Shown here: piece by piece, positions 19,360 to 28,099 of the stretch
Layout of the letters: each line of letters starts with the position of its first letter
Position numbering within the stretch: position 1 is the stretch's first letter
Origin: an uncultured Candidatus Saccharibacteria bacterium
GTDB lineage: Bacteria > Patescibacteriota > CALEFQ01
Direction: 5' to 3'
Assembly: GCA_965230955.1 (NCBI GenBank)
Contig: OZ246404.1
Location: forward strand, 161,184-225,183
Length of the DNA: 64,000 nt
The notes under the pieces: model-generated
The model's database searches: none
What the model was told of the DNA's origin: nothing
What the model saw: the letters and a program-made list of their open reading frames with translations, nothing else
Translations under genes and position numbers: made by a program

Positions 19360-19424
19360 TGGCGGAGAGTAGAGGATTCGCCCGGCCATGCGTCCGGGCG
19401 CCGGGTCGAATGACCCGGCGAACC
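19360..19424 (-). pseudogene. Duplicated 3' end of tRNA-Ser(GCT) with the same T-loop insertion
   Basis: tggcggagagtagaggattcg (exact 21 nt), a 38-nt double hairpin, then cgaacc. Confidence 0.85.
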
Positions 19425-19433
19425 AAAATAATC

Positions 19434-19526
19434 TGGCGGAGAGTAGAGGATTCGAACCTCTGCGGGGCTTTTGAGGTCCCCAACGGTTTAGCAAACCGTC
19501 GCCTTAAGCCACTCGGCCAACTCTCC
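19434..19526 (-). tRNA. tRNA-Ser(GCT)
   Basis: GGAGAGTTGGCCGAGTGG...ACGGT-TTGCTAA-ACCGT; long variable arm; CCA. Confidence 0.96.
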
Positions 19527-19533
19527 ATGTCGA

Positions 19534-19800
19534 TTATGCATTTAAATTGAGTTCCTTCAAAATGTCTCGAATTTGCTGTCTAAGTAATCGTCTTCCTTCG
19601 GTGGTTTTTAGGAACATCTCTCGACGAGAAGCATCGCTTTTCTTTAGATAGGATTCCTCGTGAATTAGTTTGACAGGACGATGGTTTTTGGTTGAGGAAA
19701 CTTGTCCGTGCTGGTGCTCGGCAATTCTTCTTCGCAGATCATTGGTACTGCCTTTATAAAGACTATGATTACTTAATAAAAGAACATAGACGTGGAACAT
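19534..19800 (-). CDS. Stand-alone small GIY-YIG nuclease
   Basis: HVYVL...LYKGSTNDLRRRIAEH..G...STK..RP.KL.H.E......A..RE.FLK...GR; AAGGAGG SD. Confidence 0.9.
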   Translation of the reverse strand: MFHVYVLLLSNHSLYKGSTNDLRRRIAEHQHGQVSSTKNHRPVKLIHEESYLKKSDASRREMFLKTTEGRRLLRQQIRDILKELNLNA

Positions 19801-19823
19801 GACGATCCCTCCTTGTTTTTAGT

Positions 19824-19942
19824 GGATTCGCCCGGTTATTCGACCGGGCGCCGGATCGGATGATCCGGCGAACCTCTGCGGGGCTTTTGATGTCCCCAAT
19901 GGTTTAGCAAACCGTCGCCTTAAGCCACTCGGCCAACTCTCC
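19824..19942 (-). pseudogene. 5' part of tRNA-Ser(GCT) ending in the T-loop insertion; lacks the acceptor 3' strand
   Basis: About 72 nt nearly identical to the intact gene (2 substitutions, one breaking the anticodon stem), then the double hairpin at 19831-19868 and AATCC. Confidence 0.85.
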
Positions 19943-20028
19943 GTAGGAAATATAGTTTCGAAATGTGCTCAGTAAGATTTGTGCGAATGTTGTTGAGCCA
20001 TCCACCGCTACGTTTCGCGTCTGGCGGG

Positions 20029-20090
20029 AAGCCACTCGGCCTGCCCTCCCGTAGCCCGAGACATCGAGGGCGAAGGAGGGCCAACTCTCC
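20029..20090 (-). pseudogene. 21-nt 5' fragment of tRNA-Ser(GCT) interrupted by a 41-nt palindromic insertion
   Basis: aagccactc-ggcc-tgccctcccgtagc...gcgaaggag-ggcc-aactctcc, with GGCC duplicated. Confidence 0.7.
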
Positions 20091-20095
20091 GTGAT

Positions 20096-20123
20096 TAGTC
20101 TTTGGTCGTTAGTCCTTGGCCTT
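20096..20123. repeat. Single 7-nt periodic arm (GTCTTTG type)
   Basis: tagtctt tggtcgt tagtcct tggcctt. Confidence 0.55.
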
Positions 20124-20160
20124 CTGCCAACAGAAGAACAACAAGATTGTAACTATTTGT

Positions 20161-20296
20161 AAGTCAAAAGTCAAAGGTCAAAAGTCGAAAATATCCTAGC
20201 CCGGCTTTCTACCGGCTGATCACGCCCCACCGAAAGCGAGACTTCTTTATAGCCTTGATCGAGTAAAGCTGTCTTCTGACCTTTGACTTTTGACTT
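20161..20296. repeat. 7-nt periodic inverted repeat (GTCAAAA type) enclosing an ~80-nt structured insert
   Basis: aagtcaa aagtcaa aggtcaa aagtcga ... ctgacct ttgactt ttgactt. Confidence 0.75.
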
Positions 20297-20963
20297 ATTT
20301 CGCACTATGCGCTACCACGATGGCATTAATGCTTTGGGGTTGGCCGTGAGCGAGAGCTTGGGCGCATTCTTGCAAAGTCGCGCCGGTAGTCAGCACGTCG
20401 TCAACCAAGAAAATAGTCTTTCCCTTGATAAGTCCCGGATCAATTAGCTTGAAAGCATCTTTTATATTCTGCTGACGCGCGGCGCGCCGGAGCGACATTT
20501 GTGGTTTGGTGTGCTGAATTCTGGCCAAAGCATTTATTACCATGGGAAATTTATAATGCCGTGCCAGTGCTTGTGCCATTAATTCCGACTGATTGAATCC
20601 TCGTTCTTTCTGGCGGGAGCGATGGAGCGGAACCGGGACAAAAATTGATTCCGGTGGAAACTCTCGCGTTTCCATTCGGGCGATAATTAATTCCGATAAA
20701 CGCCCGGCTAAATCCCGGACCATTTTGTATTTCATGGTATGGATGCTTTTGGCAATCAGCGGATCCAGGTAATCCGCCGCCACGAAAATATCCGTACAGC
20801 CTTTGATTTTTAGCGCGCTCGCTTTTCCGGGCGGAAATGGCGCTATCGTTCGGAGGCAGGCCTGGCAAATCCAGGCGCCTTCTTTTTTGCATCGCAGGCA
20901 CTCGATCGGAAAGAGCAGGTCGAGCAGAAAGCGATAAATCTCAACTAAAAATTTTGGTAACAT
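20295..20963 (-). CDS. comF: ComF family competence protein (zinc ribbon and PRTase fold)
   Basis: LLFPIECLRC...ICQAC, VPVPLH..RQKERGFNQS, LVDDVLTTGATL. Confidence 0.92.
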   Translation of the reverse strand: MLPKFLVEIYRFLLDLLFPIECLRCKKEGAWICQACLRTIAPFPPGKASALKIKGCTDIFVAADYLDPLIAKSIHTMKYKMVRDLAGRLSELIIARMETREFPPESIFVPVPLHRSRQKERGFNQSELMAQALARHYKFPMVINALARIQHTKPQMSLRRAARQQNIKDAFKLIDPGLIKGKTIFLVDDVLTTGATLQECAQALAHGQPQSINAIVVAHSAK

Positions 20964-20980
20964 AAAACCCTCCTAAAAAT

Positions 20981-21088
20981 AAGTCAAAAGTCAAAGGTCA
21001 AAAGTCAAAAGTTGAGCCCCGCTTCGCGGGGCGAAACCCCGTACCCGAGTCCGCCGTATCGGCGGGCGAGTGGTATGGGGTCAAAAGT
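20981..21088. repeat. GTCAAAA repeat arm interrupted by nested GC-rich palindromes
   Basis: aagtcaaaagtcaaaggtcaaaagtcaaaagtt, then gccccgc-ttc-gcggggc and accccgtacc..ccgccgtatcggcgg..ggtatggggt, then caaaagt. Confidence 0.65.
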
Positions 21089-21098
21089 GGCGACAGAA

Positions 21099-23726
21099 TC
21101 ACTTTTCTATTTTTACCGCAATCTTGTCATTTTCTTTGACCAGTGTGACTTTGTGGCCGCGGGTGATTTCGCCGGCGAGCAATTTCTCGGCCAGTAAATC
21201 TTCGATTTGTTCCTGGATGGTGCGTCGGATCGGTCGCGCCCCGCGTTTGGGATCAAATCCGATATTGGCGATATGCTGGATCATCGATTGATGCAATTTG
21301 AGCTCGACTTCTTTTTCTTTTTGCAGGCGATCTTGGAGCTGGCTGAATTGCAGGCGCACGATTCGGCGGACAGCATCTCTTGTTAACGGTTTAAAAACCA
21401 GGGTCTTGTCGATTCGATTGAGCAATTCCGGTCGTAACTGTTTTTCCAGTTCGCGTTTGACGTCGCTTTCCAGCGCCTGAAATTCTTCCGGACTGACTTC
21501 TTGTCCCTGCTCTTCTTTTTGGAACCCGATGACGGCGGCATCGGTAAATTCCCGAGTGCCGATATTTGAAGTCATGATTACGATCGTGTTTTTGAAATTT
21601 ACTTTGCGTCCTTTGTTGTCGGTCAGAACGCCGTCTTCCAAAATTTGCAATAAAATATTGAAAATGTCGGGGTGGGCTTTTTCGATCTCGTCAAAGAGTA
21701 CGACCGAGTAAGGCTTGCGCCGGACTTCTTCGGTCAGTTTCCCGCCCTCATCGTAGCCGACATAGCCCGCGGCCGCGCCGACGAGCCGCGAAACGTTGAA
21801 TTTTTCCATAAATTCAGACATGTCGATCTTGATCAGCGCGTCTTCGTTGTTGTAAACCTCGCGGGCGATTACTTTAGCCAGCTCGGTTTTGCCGACGCCG
21901 GAAGGCCCCAAGAAAATGAAAGAGCCCAGTGGCCGGCGGGGATCGCCGATGCCGGCGCGGGCGCGCTTGATAGCGCGGGAAATCTCTCGGGTCGCTTCGT
22001 CTTGGCCGATGACTCTCGTGTTGAGCCGCTTTTCCAGGTCGAGCAGGTTTTTCTGGTTTTCTTCTTCCAGTTCGGCCAGGGGGATTCGCGTCATCGCCTG
22101 GATGACTCGGGCGATATCCAGTGCGGTTATTTTTCCTTGCGGAGTGGCGGTGAATTTTGCCTGCTTCTTTCGCAATTCAGACAATTTTTTATTGGTTTCC
22201 TTTTCGGCCGCCCGAAGGCTGTATGCCGCCTGAAAATTTTGTTGTCCGACGGCGGCTTGCTTGTCTTTGTTTATTTTGACCAGTTGGTCTTGTAATTTTT
22301 TGACTTCCTTCAAAATAGGGGAGGCGGGCAGGTCGATCTTGAGGTGCGAAGCCGCTTCGTCGATCAAGTCCAGGGCTTTGTCCGGCAGAAAACGATCGGG
22401 CAGATAGCGCTCGCTCAGTTTGACGGCGGCCGCGATGGCTTCGGGCGTGATCTCGATTCGATGAAAAGATTCGTAATTCCGGCGCACTCCTTCCAGTATT
22501 TTTTTCGTTTCCTCGGCCGAAGATTCTTCGACCAAAACAGGCTGGAAGCGCCGCTCCAGCGCGGAATCTTTTTCGATGTTTTTGCGGTATTCTTCCAGTG
22601 TGGTGGCGCCGATAACTTTAAACTCCCCGCGCGCCAGCGCCGGTTTGATGATATTGGCGGCGTCCATCGTACCGGCTCCGGCGGTTCCGGCTCCGACGAT
22701 GGTATGGATCTCGTCGATAAATAAAATTATGTTCGGGTCGCGGCAAACTTCCTCGATCACTTGTTTTAGCCGTCCCTCGAATTCGCCGCGGTAAACAGTC
22801 CCGGCGATCAGTAACGGCAGGTCGAGCGTCACTATTCGCTTGTTTTTAAGATAATCGGGGACGTCGTCTTGGGCTATTTTTTTGGCCAGGCCTTCGACAA
22901 TAGCGGTTTTGCCGACACCGGCTTCGCCGATCAGCACCGGATTGTTTTTGGATCGGCGGCCGAGAATGTTGATGATGCGCCTGATTTCCTTGGTCCGGCC
23001 GATTACCGGGTCAACCTTTTTCTGATAGTTGGCGGCGGTCAGGTCTTTTCCGAAGGATTCTAATAATGATTTTTTTTCTTTGGCGTTCATATCCAGCGGG
23101 GCGCCCATCATCGGCATTCCGCCGGGAGCGGGCGGCATCATCTGGTCGTCCATTATTTCTCCGTCGCCCATTTGATTCAGCATTTTAAAAACGTCAGTCA
23201 GAGAAGGAAATTTGGCCGTGCTTTTGAAAACATTGGTCAGTTGCTGCTTGAGGCGGTCGGTGCCGACTTTGGCCTGCTTGAGCAAGCGCTCGGCGCGGGA
23301 GTCTTTGACGGTCAGGATCCCGTAGAGCAGATGTTCGGTGCCGATATATTTGTGTTTGAATTGATAGGCCAGCTGGACCGCGGCTTCCAACGCGCTTTTG
23401 GCTTCCTCGGACAAATTTTTGAAGTCGAAATCCTTAGGTTTGGTCGCCACCCCGCCTTTTTTCACTGGCGGCAGGGGAACATCGCCGCGCGCGGGGTCTT
23501 TTTTCGGCATCAGAAAATTGGCCGCGATTTCTGGGGTGAATTTGAAGCCCATTAAGACTTCCCGGGCAATTCCGCCTTCCTCTTTGGCCAGGCCGTAGAG
23601 GAGATGGGCGGTATCAATAAAATGGTCGCCGGAACGATCGGTGATGTGCTGGGCGCTGGTCAGTACGTGTTTGAGCCGGGTGGAAAATTTATCGCCAATC
23701 GGCTGGGTGGATTGTTTGTTTTTCAT
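21099..23726 (-). CDS. clpC: ATP-dependent Clp protease ATP-binding subunit ClpC
   Basis: Clp N repeats, [11 protein letters not shown]-like middle domain, [31 protein letters not shown]. Confidence 0.95.
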   Translation of the reverse strand: MKNKQSTQPIGDKFSTRLKHVLTSAQHITDRSGDHFIDTAHLLYGLAKEEGGIAREVLMGFKFTPEIAANFLMPKKDPARGDVPLPPVKKGGVATKPKDFDFKNLSEEAKSALEAAVQLAYQFKHKYIGTEHLLYGILTVKDSRAERLLKQAKVGTDRLKQQLTNVFKSTAKFPSLTDVFKMLNQMGDGEIMDDQMMPPAPGGMPMMGAPLDMNAKEKKSLLESFGKDLTAANYQKKVDPVIGRTKEIRRIINILGRRSKNNPVLIGEAGVGKTAIVEGLAKKIAQDDVPDYLKNKRIVTLDLPLLIAGTVYRGEFEGRLKQVIEEVCRDPNIILFIDEIHTIVGAGTAGAGTMDAANIIKPALARGEFKVIGATTLEEYRKNIEKDSALERRFQPVLVEESSAEETKKILEGVRRNYESFHRIEITPEAIAAAVKLSERYLPDRFLPDKALDLIDEAASHLKIDLPASPILKEVKKLQDQLVKINKDKQAAVGQQNFQAAYSLRAAEKETNKKLSELRKKQAKFTATPQGKITALDIARVIQAMTRIPLAELEEENQKNLLDLEKRLNTRVIGQDEATREISRAIKRARAGIGDPRRPLGSFIFLGPSGVGKTELAKVIAREVYNNEDALIKIDMSEFMEKFNVSRLVGAAAGYVGYDEGGKLTEEVRRKPYSVVLFDEIEKAHPDIFNILLQILEDGVLTDNKGRKVNFKNTIVIMTSNIGTREFTDAAVIGFQKEEQGQEVSPEEFQALESDVKRELEKQLRPELLNRIDKTLVFKPLTRDAVRRIVRLQFSQLQDRLQKEKEVELKLHQSMIQHIANIGFDPKRGARPIRRTIQEQIEDLLAEKLLAGEITRGHKVTLVKENDKIAVKIEK

Positions 23727-23791
23727 AGGTGATAGTTTTATACTTATTAGATAGTATAGAGTACAAAAGGGCGAGAGGCAAGGAGGAAGAT

Positions 23792-23874
23792 AAATCCGAA
23801 ATCCGAAATTCGAAACAAATACAAAATTTCAAACCATAATATCAAAACTTTAATAATTTAGGGCTTCGGATTTA
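23792..23874. repeat. AAATCCG-type periodic inverted-repeat element
   Basis: aaatccgaaatccgaaattcgaaac ... tttagggcttcggattta. Confidence 0.55.
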
Positions 23875-23882
23875 ATAACTTT

Positions 23883-24371
23883 ATGGACGATCAATATAAA
23901 AAAGCTAAATTATCGGCTATCCGTTTCCTGGGATTCCGATCGCAGACGGTCGCGGAAATGCAACAGAAATTAACGCGCCAGGGTTTTGACCAGCGGACGG
24001 TCTTGCAAGTGGTCAATGAATTGCGCAATACCGGCTATCTCAATGACGAGCGCTTTACCCAGGAATTTATCCGCTACCAGCTGATGCGGAAGCCGACGGG
24101 GCGTTTTCTGATGACGGCCAAATTAAAAGAGCATGGCGTCAGTGAAGACGTGATTAATCGTATCATCGCCCGGGAATTATCCGAGGATAAAGAAAAAGAG
24201 CTGGCACTGGCGGTAGCCGAAGAAAAAAAGAAGGAATTGCGCATTAAATTAGCGAAGCTTTCTTCGTTGCAAAAACAAAAAATCGGGCAATACCTCAGTA
24301 GCCGTGGCTTTGCTTCGGACGTAGTTTGGGAAACGATTGACTTGCTCGATAAAGGAGGGAGGGAGTGGTAA
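23883..24371 (+). CDS. recX: Regulatory protein RecX
   Basis: AIRFLGFRSQTVAEMQQKL, GYLNDERF, YLSSRGF. Confidence 0.88.
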   Translation: MDDQYKKAKLSAIRFLGFRSQTVAEMQQKLTRQGFDQRTVLQVVNELRNTGYLNDERFTQEFIRYQLMRKPTGRFLMTAKLKEHGVSEDVINRIIARELSEDKEKELALAVAEEKKKELRIKLAKLSSLQKQKIGQYLSSRGFASDVVWETIDLLDKGGREW

Positions 24372-24372
24372 G

Positions 24373-24507
24373 AAATAACAAATAACCAATCACAAATATC
24401 CAATAAAATCCAAACTTGCTTGCGCAAGCAAGCTCCAATTACAAATAATCGCTTAGATATTGTAAATTGAATTTTATTTGATATTTGTGATTGGTTATTT
24501 GTTATTA
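24373..24507. repeat. AATAACA/AATAACC-type periodic inverted-repeat element with an internal perfect palindrome
   Basis: aataacaaataaccaatcacaaatatc...gatatttgtgattggttatttgttatt; cttgcttgcgcaagcaag at 24415-24432. Confidence 0.75.
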
Positions 24508-24611
24508 CTTTTAGTGTATAACCCGATTGCGCTTGAGGGGTAAAATATGTTAAAATAAATAGAGTTAAAAAGGTAAAAACACCCCAATATTTGGGGTAAG
24601 TTTTGGCTAAA

Positions 24612-27600
24612 ATGCCCGTGCCTAAAAGCAATTGGCCCATCAAAAAGACTACCGTGGTCCTCATCGCGACGGTAGCTTTTATTATTTCGGCGGCGATTTT
24701 ACTGCCTAATCGGGAAATTATCCCGACTTATGCCGCCGGTGGCGAAATGTCAGTGACGCTGGAGGGTTACTGGTGGGCACCGAACGGCGGCTGGATTAAT
24801 TTACAATGGGATACTGTTGGAGAAAACGGTGTTCGGGTTGATAAAAGCTCTTTTACCGGCAAACCATTCTTTGATGGTTTTGCTTGGGGACCGAATATCG
24901 GCTGGATCAGTATGCGCGATACTTCCGGCGCCGGCCAATATGGGGTAGTAGTGCGTGAGCCGATAAATCCTACGCCGGCCGGTGGCGTCTGGCATGTCGA
25001 TAATTATGCCTGGGGTCCGAATATTGGCTGGTTGAATTTTGACGCTATTGATAGCGGAGCAAATTCGGCCCAACAGCCTCGGATAGTGATGGAAAATTTG
25101 GGAGTACCCGGATCGGAGGTCTCGGAAGACGCGCGCCTAAAAGGCTATGCCTGGTCGCCGAATATCGGATGGATCAAATTGGATTCCGATTTGCCGGGCT
25201 GGAAAGATACAAACGATCCGGTGCTGAAATATTTCGATGTTTTGCCGGAAGTCATGCCGCCTTTGCCTTCAGAAAAATACGCGTCCGGGGTTTATAAAGA
25301 CAGTTATGATTGCTGTGGCGGAACATTGAATACTTTCGCGGCCGGCCACATGGTGTGGGTGCGCCCGGCGGTGGAATTCAAAGCAACCATGCATAGCCAG
25401 GACAATCGTACGCGCTGGCACGATTTGAATATTTCCGCGGTGACTGCCAATCCCCAGACGATCCCGGAGCTCTATCTTTGGAAAGATCGTTTGCGTTTTC
25501 GGCCGGGACTAGAGCCGTCCTCGATTGGAAATGTGAACGCGTATGATGCCGCGCTGAATGAATTCTTGCCCAATCCCGATTTTGCCGCCGGATCTAATCC
25601 CAATGTGCCGATGACTGGGGGAGAGGTCAAGGTGCCGTCAGAAGAAGACATCAATGGCGACGGCAAAAACGAAATTATTTGGAAAAGCACTTCACATTTC
25701 TTGTCAGGCACGCCCGGAGCGAATAATTATGTTTTACGTGAATTCCGATACAATGTTCGCGATGCTGGTGGTAATTATGCTTGTCCCGACGCGGAGCCGG
25801 CGACCTTTGATTGGAGTACTGGACAGGGCTGTATTATTCCGAGTTTACCTTCGCCCTATAGCCCAATGACCGGGCGGGTGGGAGTGGCCGTGGATAAAAT
25901 CCAGCCGTCCGGATCGCTCTTTATCAATGATACCGAATTTACCGAATCAGAGACGGTCAAGGTCAGTGCCACGGCCAAAATAGATTTCAAGGTGGAATAT
26001 ATTGATACCGAATCTGGATCGTATCACGTGATTTTGGATTATCGGCGCAAAGCCGGTAATGCCTGGCCGCTGGTTTGGAGCGATCCGATCGGTGAGCGCC
26101 GCTGGAATCTAGGCCGGGAAGCTGTCACTTGGAATATTGATGGCAACATTGACCTGGGAGCGGAAACCGAAAAAGAAACTCCGCTAAATACCAGCGACTG
26201 GGCTGACGGGCAGGAATTCCAATTGCGTTTGCGAGTGATTGATAATGTTGGCAATGTACGAGAGCGAATTTTGCCGGCGGTGATCAATCGGACTCCGCCG
26301 ACGGGAGTATTCACCGCCGCTGATCCGATTGATCGCGATCCAAACCGGACGCGCTATGACGCGGTGGATTTGTATTTACCGCCCAGCGCGACCATTAAAA
26401 CTATGCAATTTGCGAATACCCCTGATGGTTTCGGAAGTGAATTTGAACCGTACCCTTGGTTGAACGGTGGCTGGAGGGAGGGTCACTGGTCGCTAGAAAT
26501 TGTCCAAGGGGAAGAAGTTACAGGTGGCCTGAAATCCATCTACGCCAATTTCTGCGACGGGACTATTCCCGAGGCGGTATGTACCCATGACCAAAATAAA
26601 GAAATAAAGGCTCAAATTGCCGCCCCGTGGTTTGAAGGAGCGCAGGGCGATGTTTATGCCGGGTCGGGGATCGGGACGCGCAGTGCCCAGTTCAACGGGA
26701 TCGCACCGTATTTGACTGTCGGCGTCCAGAAATATAACGCCACTTACCGGATCACGTCTGACGGTGAGATAAAACCTCAGATCACTTCGGAGCGCGGCTG
26801 GTCCGAAGGGGACTACCAAAATTTTGGTTATCCCGGGATAGGTGGCACCATCGCGCCGATCGATTTTGAATCCCTCCGGCTTCAGGCCGATATTCAGACG
26901 GATGATGAGATTGCTCAGGCGGGGGAATTAGATTTCACTCAGAGTACCAACGGAATAATTTTATTACAAAGCGGCTCGTCGAAATCGGATGCGTCTTTGG
27001 GAAGCAACGGGGACCGATTAATAGTCCGCGGAACCGGCACCTTGCTGGTGGATGGCAATCTGCGAATTTTAAAAGATTTATACTATGCCGATTCATTGGC
27101 GGATCAACCCACTCCGGAAATTGATTCCATGGCGGTTTTGACGCGCCGGAGTAGTGCGGATTCACGGGGCAATGTTTATGTCGGCGAAAATGTTCGCCAT
27201 ATGGTCGGCGCCTACATCGTCGGCTTAGGCAATTGTTTTCAGGCTAAATGTCCGAATGACTCGCTGGGAACCGGAGTTTTCCATTCTTCCGCCGATTTCT
27301 CCGCCGGTATCGGAACTGATCCGAATCTAAAAGCCTCGAAATACGAACTGGTGGTCGAAGGCATGGTGGCCGCGCGCGATTTTGATCTGGGGCGATATAG
27401 TACCGGCAATCAGAATTTCCTTACTAACGCCGATCTCGAACCGAGCGTCTCTGAAGTTCCCAAGAGTTGTTTGGTCGGTTGGACTTGTGACCCGGCTGAT
27501 CCTAATATATTTCAGGCCAGTGACAAAGATGTCGTATCGGGCAAGCAAAAACTGCAAATATCACTCAAACCGGGCCAAAAGGGTAATTTGTTGCAGTCTA

Positions 27601-28034
27601 ATATTTTTATTAACCTCCAGGGAGAATCAACTCTGAGCTTGTCGGGATATTTACGGTCGACGATTGCCGGTTTACCGGTGCCGCAAACCATTGATTTGGC
27701 GATTGGCGGGCAAACTTGTACGTTACAACCATCGGATATCGATTCTCAATGGCGGCGATTTCAGTGTTCGGTCAAGGTATTGGGCGAAGCCAAGAGTATT
27801 GATTTGCGGATAACGGCGATTAATTTTTTGAAGGAAGACGGTTTCACCCTGGACCTTGATGCCCTACAGTTGGAAGCCGGCAATGAAGCGACGGAGTGGC
27901 ACAATAAGTTTGAAGGCGATACCAATTATATGGCTTCGGAGCGTTTCTATTACGATGGCCGAGTGATCTTGAATACTCCACCGGGATTGGCGTCTTTGAC
28001 CAGTCCGGCCTGGGGAGAAACGATCGCCGATTAG
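24612..28034 (+). CDS. Large extracellular protein ahead of the pil operon (WG-type repeats, Ig-like and CBM-like domains); candidate pilus adhesin
   Basis: N-terminal TM; four G(Y/F)AW.PNIGWI-like repeats; LTNADLE...LDALQLEAG domain; C-terminal YYDGR...PPGL. Confidence 0.7.
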   Translation: MPVPKSNWPIKKTTVVLIATVAFIISAAILLPNREIIPTYAAGGEMSVTLEGYWWAPNGGWINLQWDTVGENGVRVDKSSFTGKPFFDGFAWGPNIGWISMRDTSGAGQYGVVVREPINPTPAGGVWHVDNYAWGPNIGWLNFDAIDSGANSAQQPRIVMENLGVPGSEVSEDARLKGYAWSPNIGWIKLDSDLPGWKDTNDPVLKYFDVLPEVMPPLPSEKYASGVYKDSYDCCGGTLNTFAAGHMVWVRPAVEFKATMHSQDNRTRWHDLNISAVTANPQTIPELYLWKDRLRFRPGLEPSSIGNVNAYDAALNEFLPNPDFAAGSNPNVPMTGGEVKVPSEEDINGDGKNEIIWKSTSHFLSGTPGANNYVLREFRYNVRDAGGNYACPDAEPATFDWSTGQGCIIPSLPSPYSPMTGRVGVAVDKIQPSGSLFINDTEFTESETVKVSATAKIDFKVEYIDTESGSYHVILDYRRKAGNAWPLVWSDPIGERRWNLGREAVTWNIDGNIDLGAETEKETPLNTSDWADGQEFQLRLRVIDNVGNVRERILPAVINRTPPTGVFTAADPIDRDPNRTRYDAVDLYLPPSATIKTMQFANTPDGFGSEFEPYPWLNGGWREGHWSLEIVQGEEVTGGLKSIYANFCDGTIPEAVCTHDQNKEIKAQIAAPWFEGAQGDVYAGSGIGTRSAQFNGIAPYLTVGVQKYNATYRITSDGEIKPQITSERGWSEGDYQNFGYPGIGGTIAPIDFESLRLQADIQTDDEIAQAGELDFTQSTNGIILLQSGSSKSDASLGSNGDRLIVRGTGTLLVDGNLRILKDLYYADSLADQPTPEIDSMAVLTRRSSADSRGNVYVGENVRHMVGAYIVGLGNCFQAKCPNDSLGTGVFHSSADFSAGIGTDPNLKASKYELVVEGMVAARDFDLGRYSTGNQNFLTNADLEPSVSEVPKSCLVGWTCDPADPNIFQASDKDVVSGKQKLQISLKPGQKGNLLQSNIFINLQGESTLSLSGYLRSTIAGLPVPQTIDLAIGGQTCTLQPSDIDSQWRRFQCSVKVLGEAKSIDLRITAINFLKEDGFTLDLDALQLEAGNEATEWHNKFEGDTNYMASERFYYDGRVILNTPPGLASLTSPAWGETIAD

Positions 28035-28053
28035 CTTTCGCGCGCCAGTCGAG

Positions 28054-28065
28054 TGTGGTATAATA
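28054..28065 (+). promoter_or_regulatory. Extended -10 promoter upstream of pilM
   Basis: TGTGGTATAAT about 35 nt before the ATG. Confidence 0.5.
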
Positions 28066-28099
28066 ACAAGCACTAATTTAGTTTTTGAATCGGGTGATT

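Larger units (their letters stand above)
19381..19870 (-). mobile_element. Candidate mini element: double hairpin, GIY-YIG gene, intact tRNA-Ser, double hairpin, all inside a split tRNA-Ser(GCT)
   Basis: Direct copies of the 38-nt element at both ends; the outer flanks rejoin into a tRNA-Ser(GCT). Confidence 0.55.

Noticed and set aside
19068-19942. CRISPR array (three ~40-nt palindromic repeats)
   Set aside because: Spacing is irregular (about 290 and 450 nt), the intervals are tRNAs and a gene, and no cas genes are present.
19360-19942. Classical prophage or integrative island att sites at tRNA-Ser
   Set aside because: No integrase or phage genes in the window, the duplications are only tens to hundreds of nt apart, and they include 5' tRNA parts.
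19824-19942. Functional intron-containing tRNA
   Set aside because: The acceptor 3' strand and CCA are missing, the anticodon stem has a mismatch, and the insert is too short for a group I or II intron.
20192-20273. Hammerhead (CTGATCA...GAAA) or twister (GCCGGT...AAGCC) ribozyme
   Set aside because: The hammerhead core lacks G8 and stem II, and I could not assign the twister cleavage loop or pseudoknots. Kept only as an unclassified structure.
23440-23500. Palindromic insertion in the ClpC N-domain linker
   Set aside because: Only a weak hairpin in a naturally variable linker, with no clear match to the repeat families.
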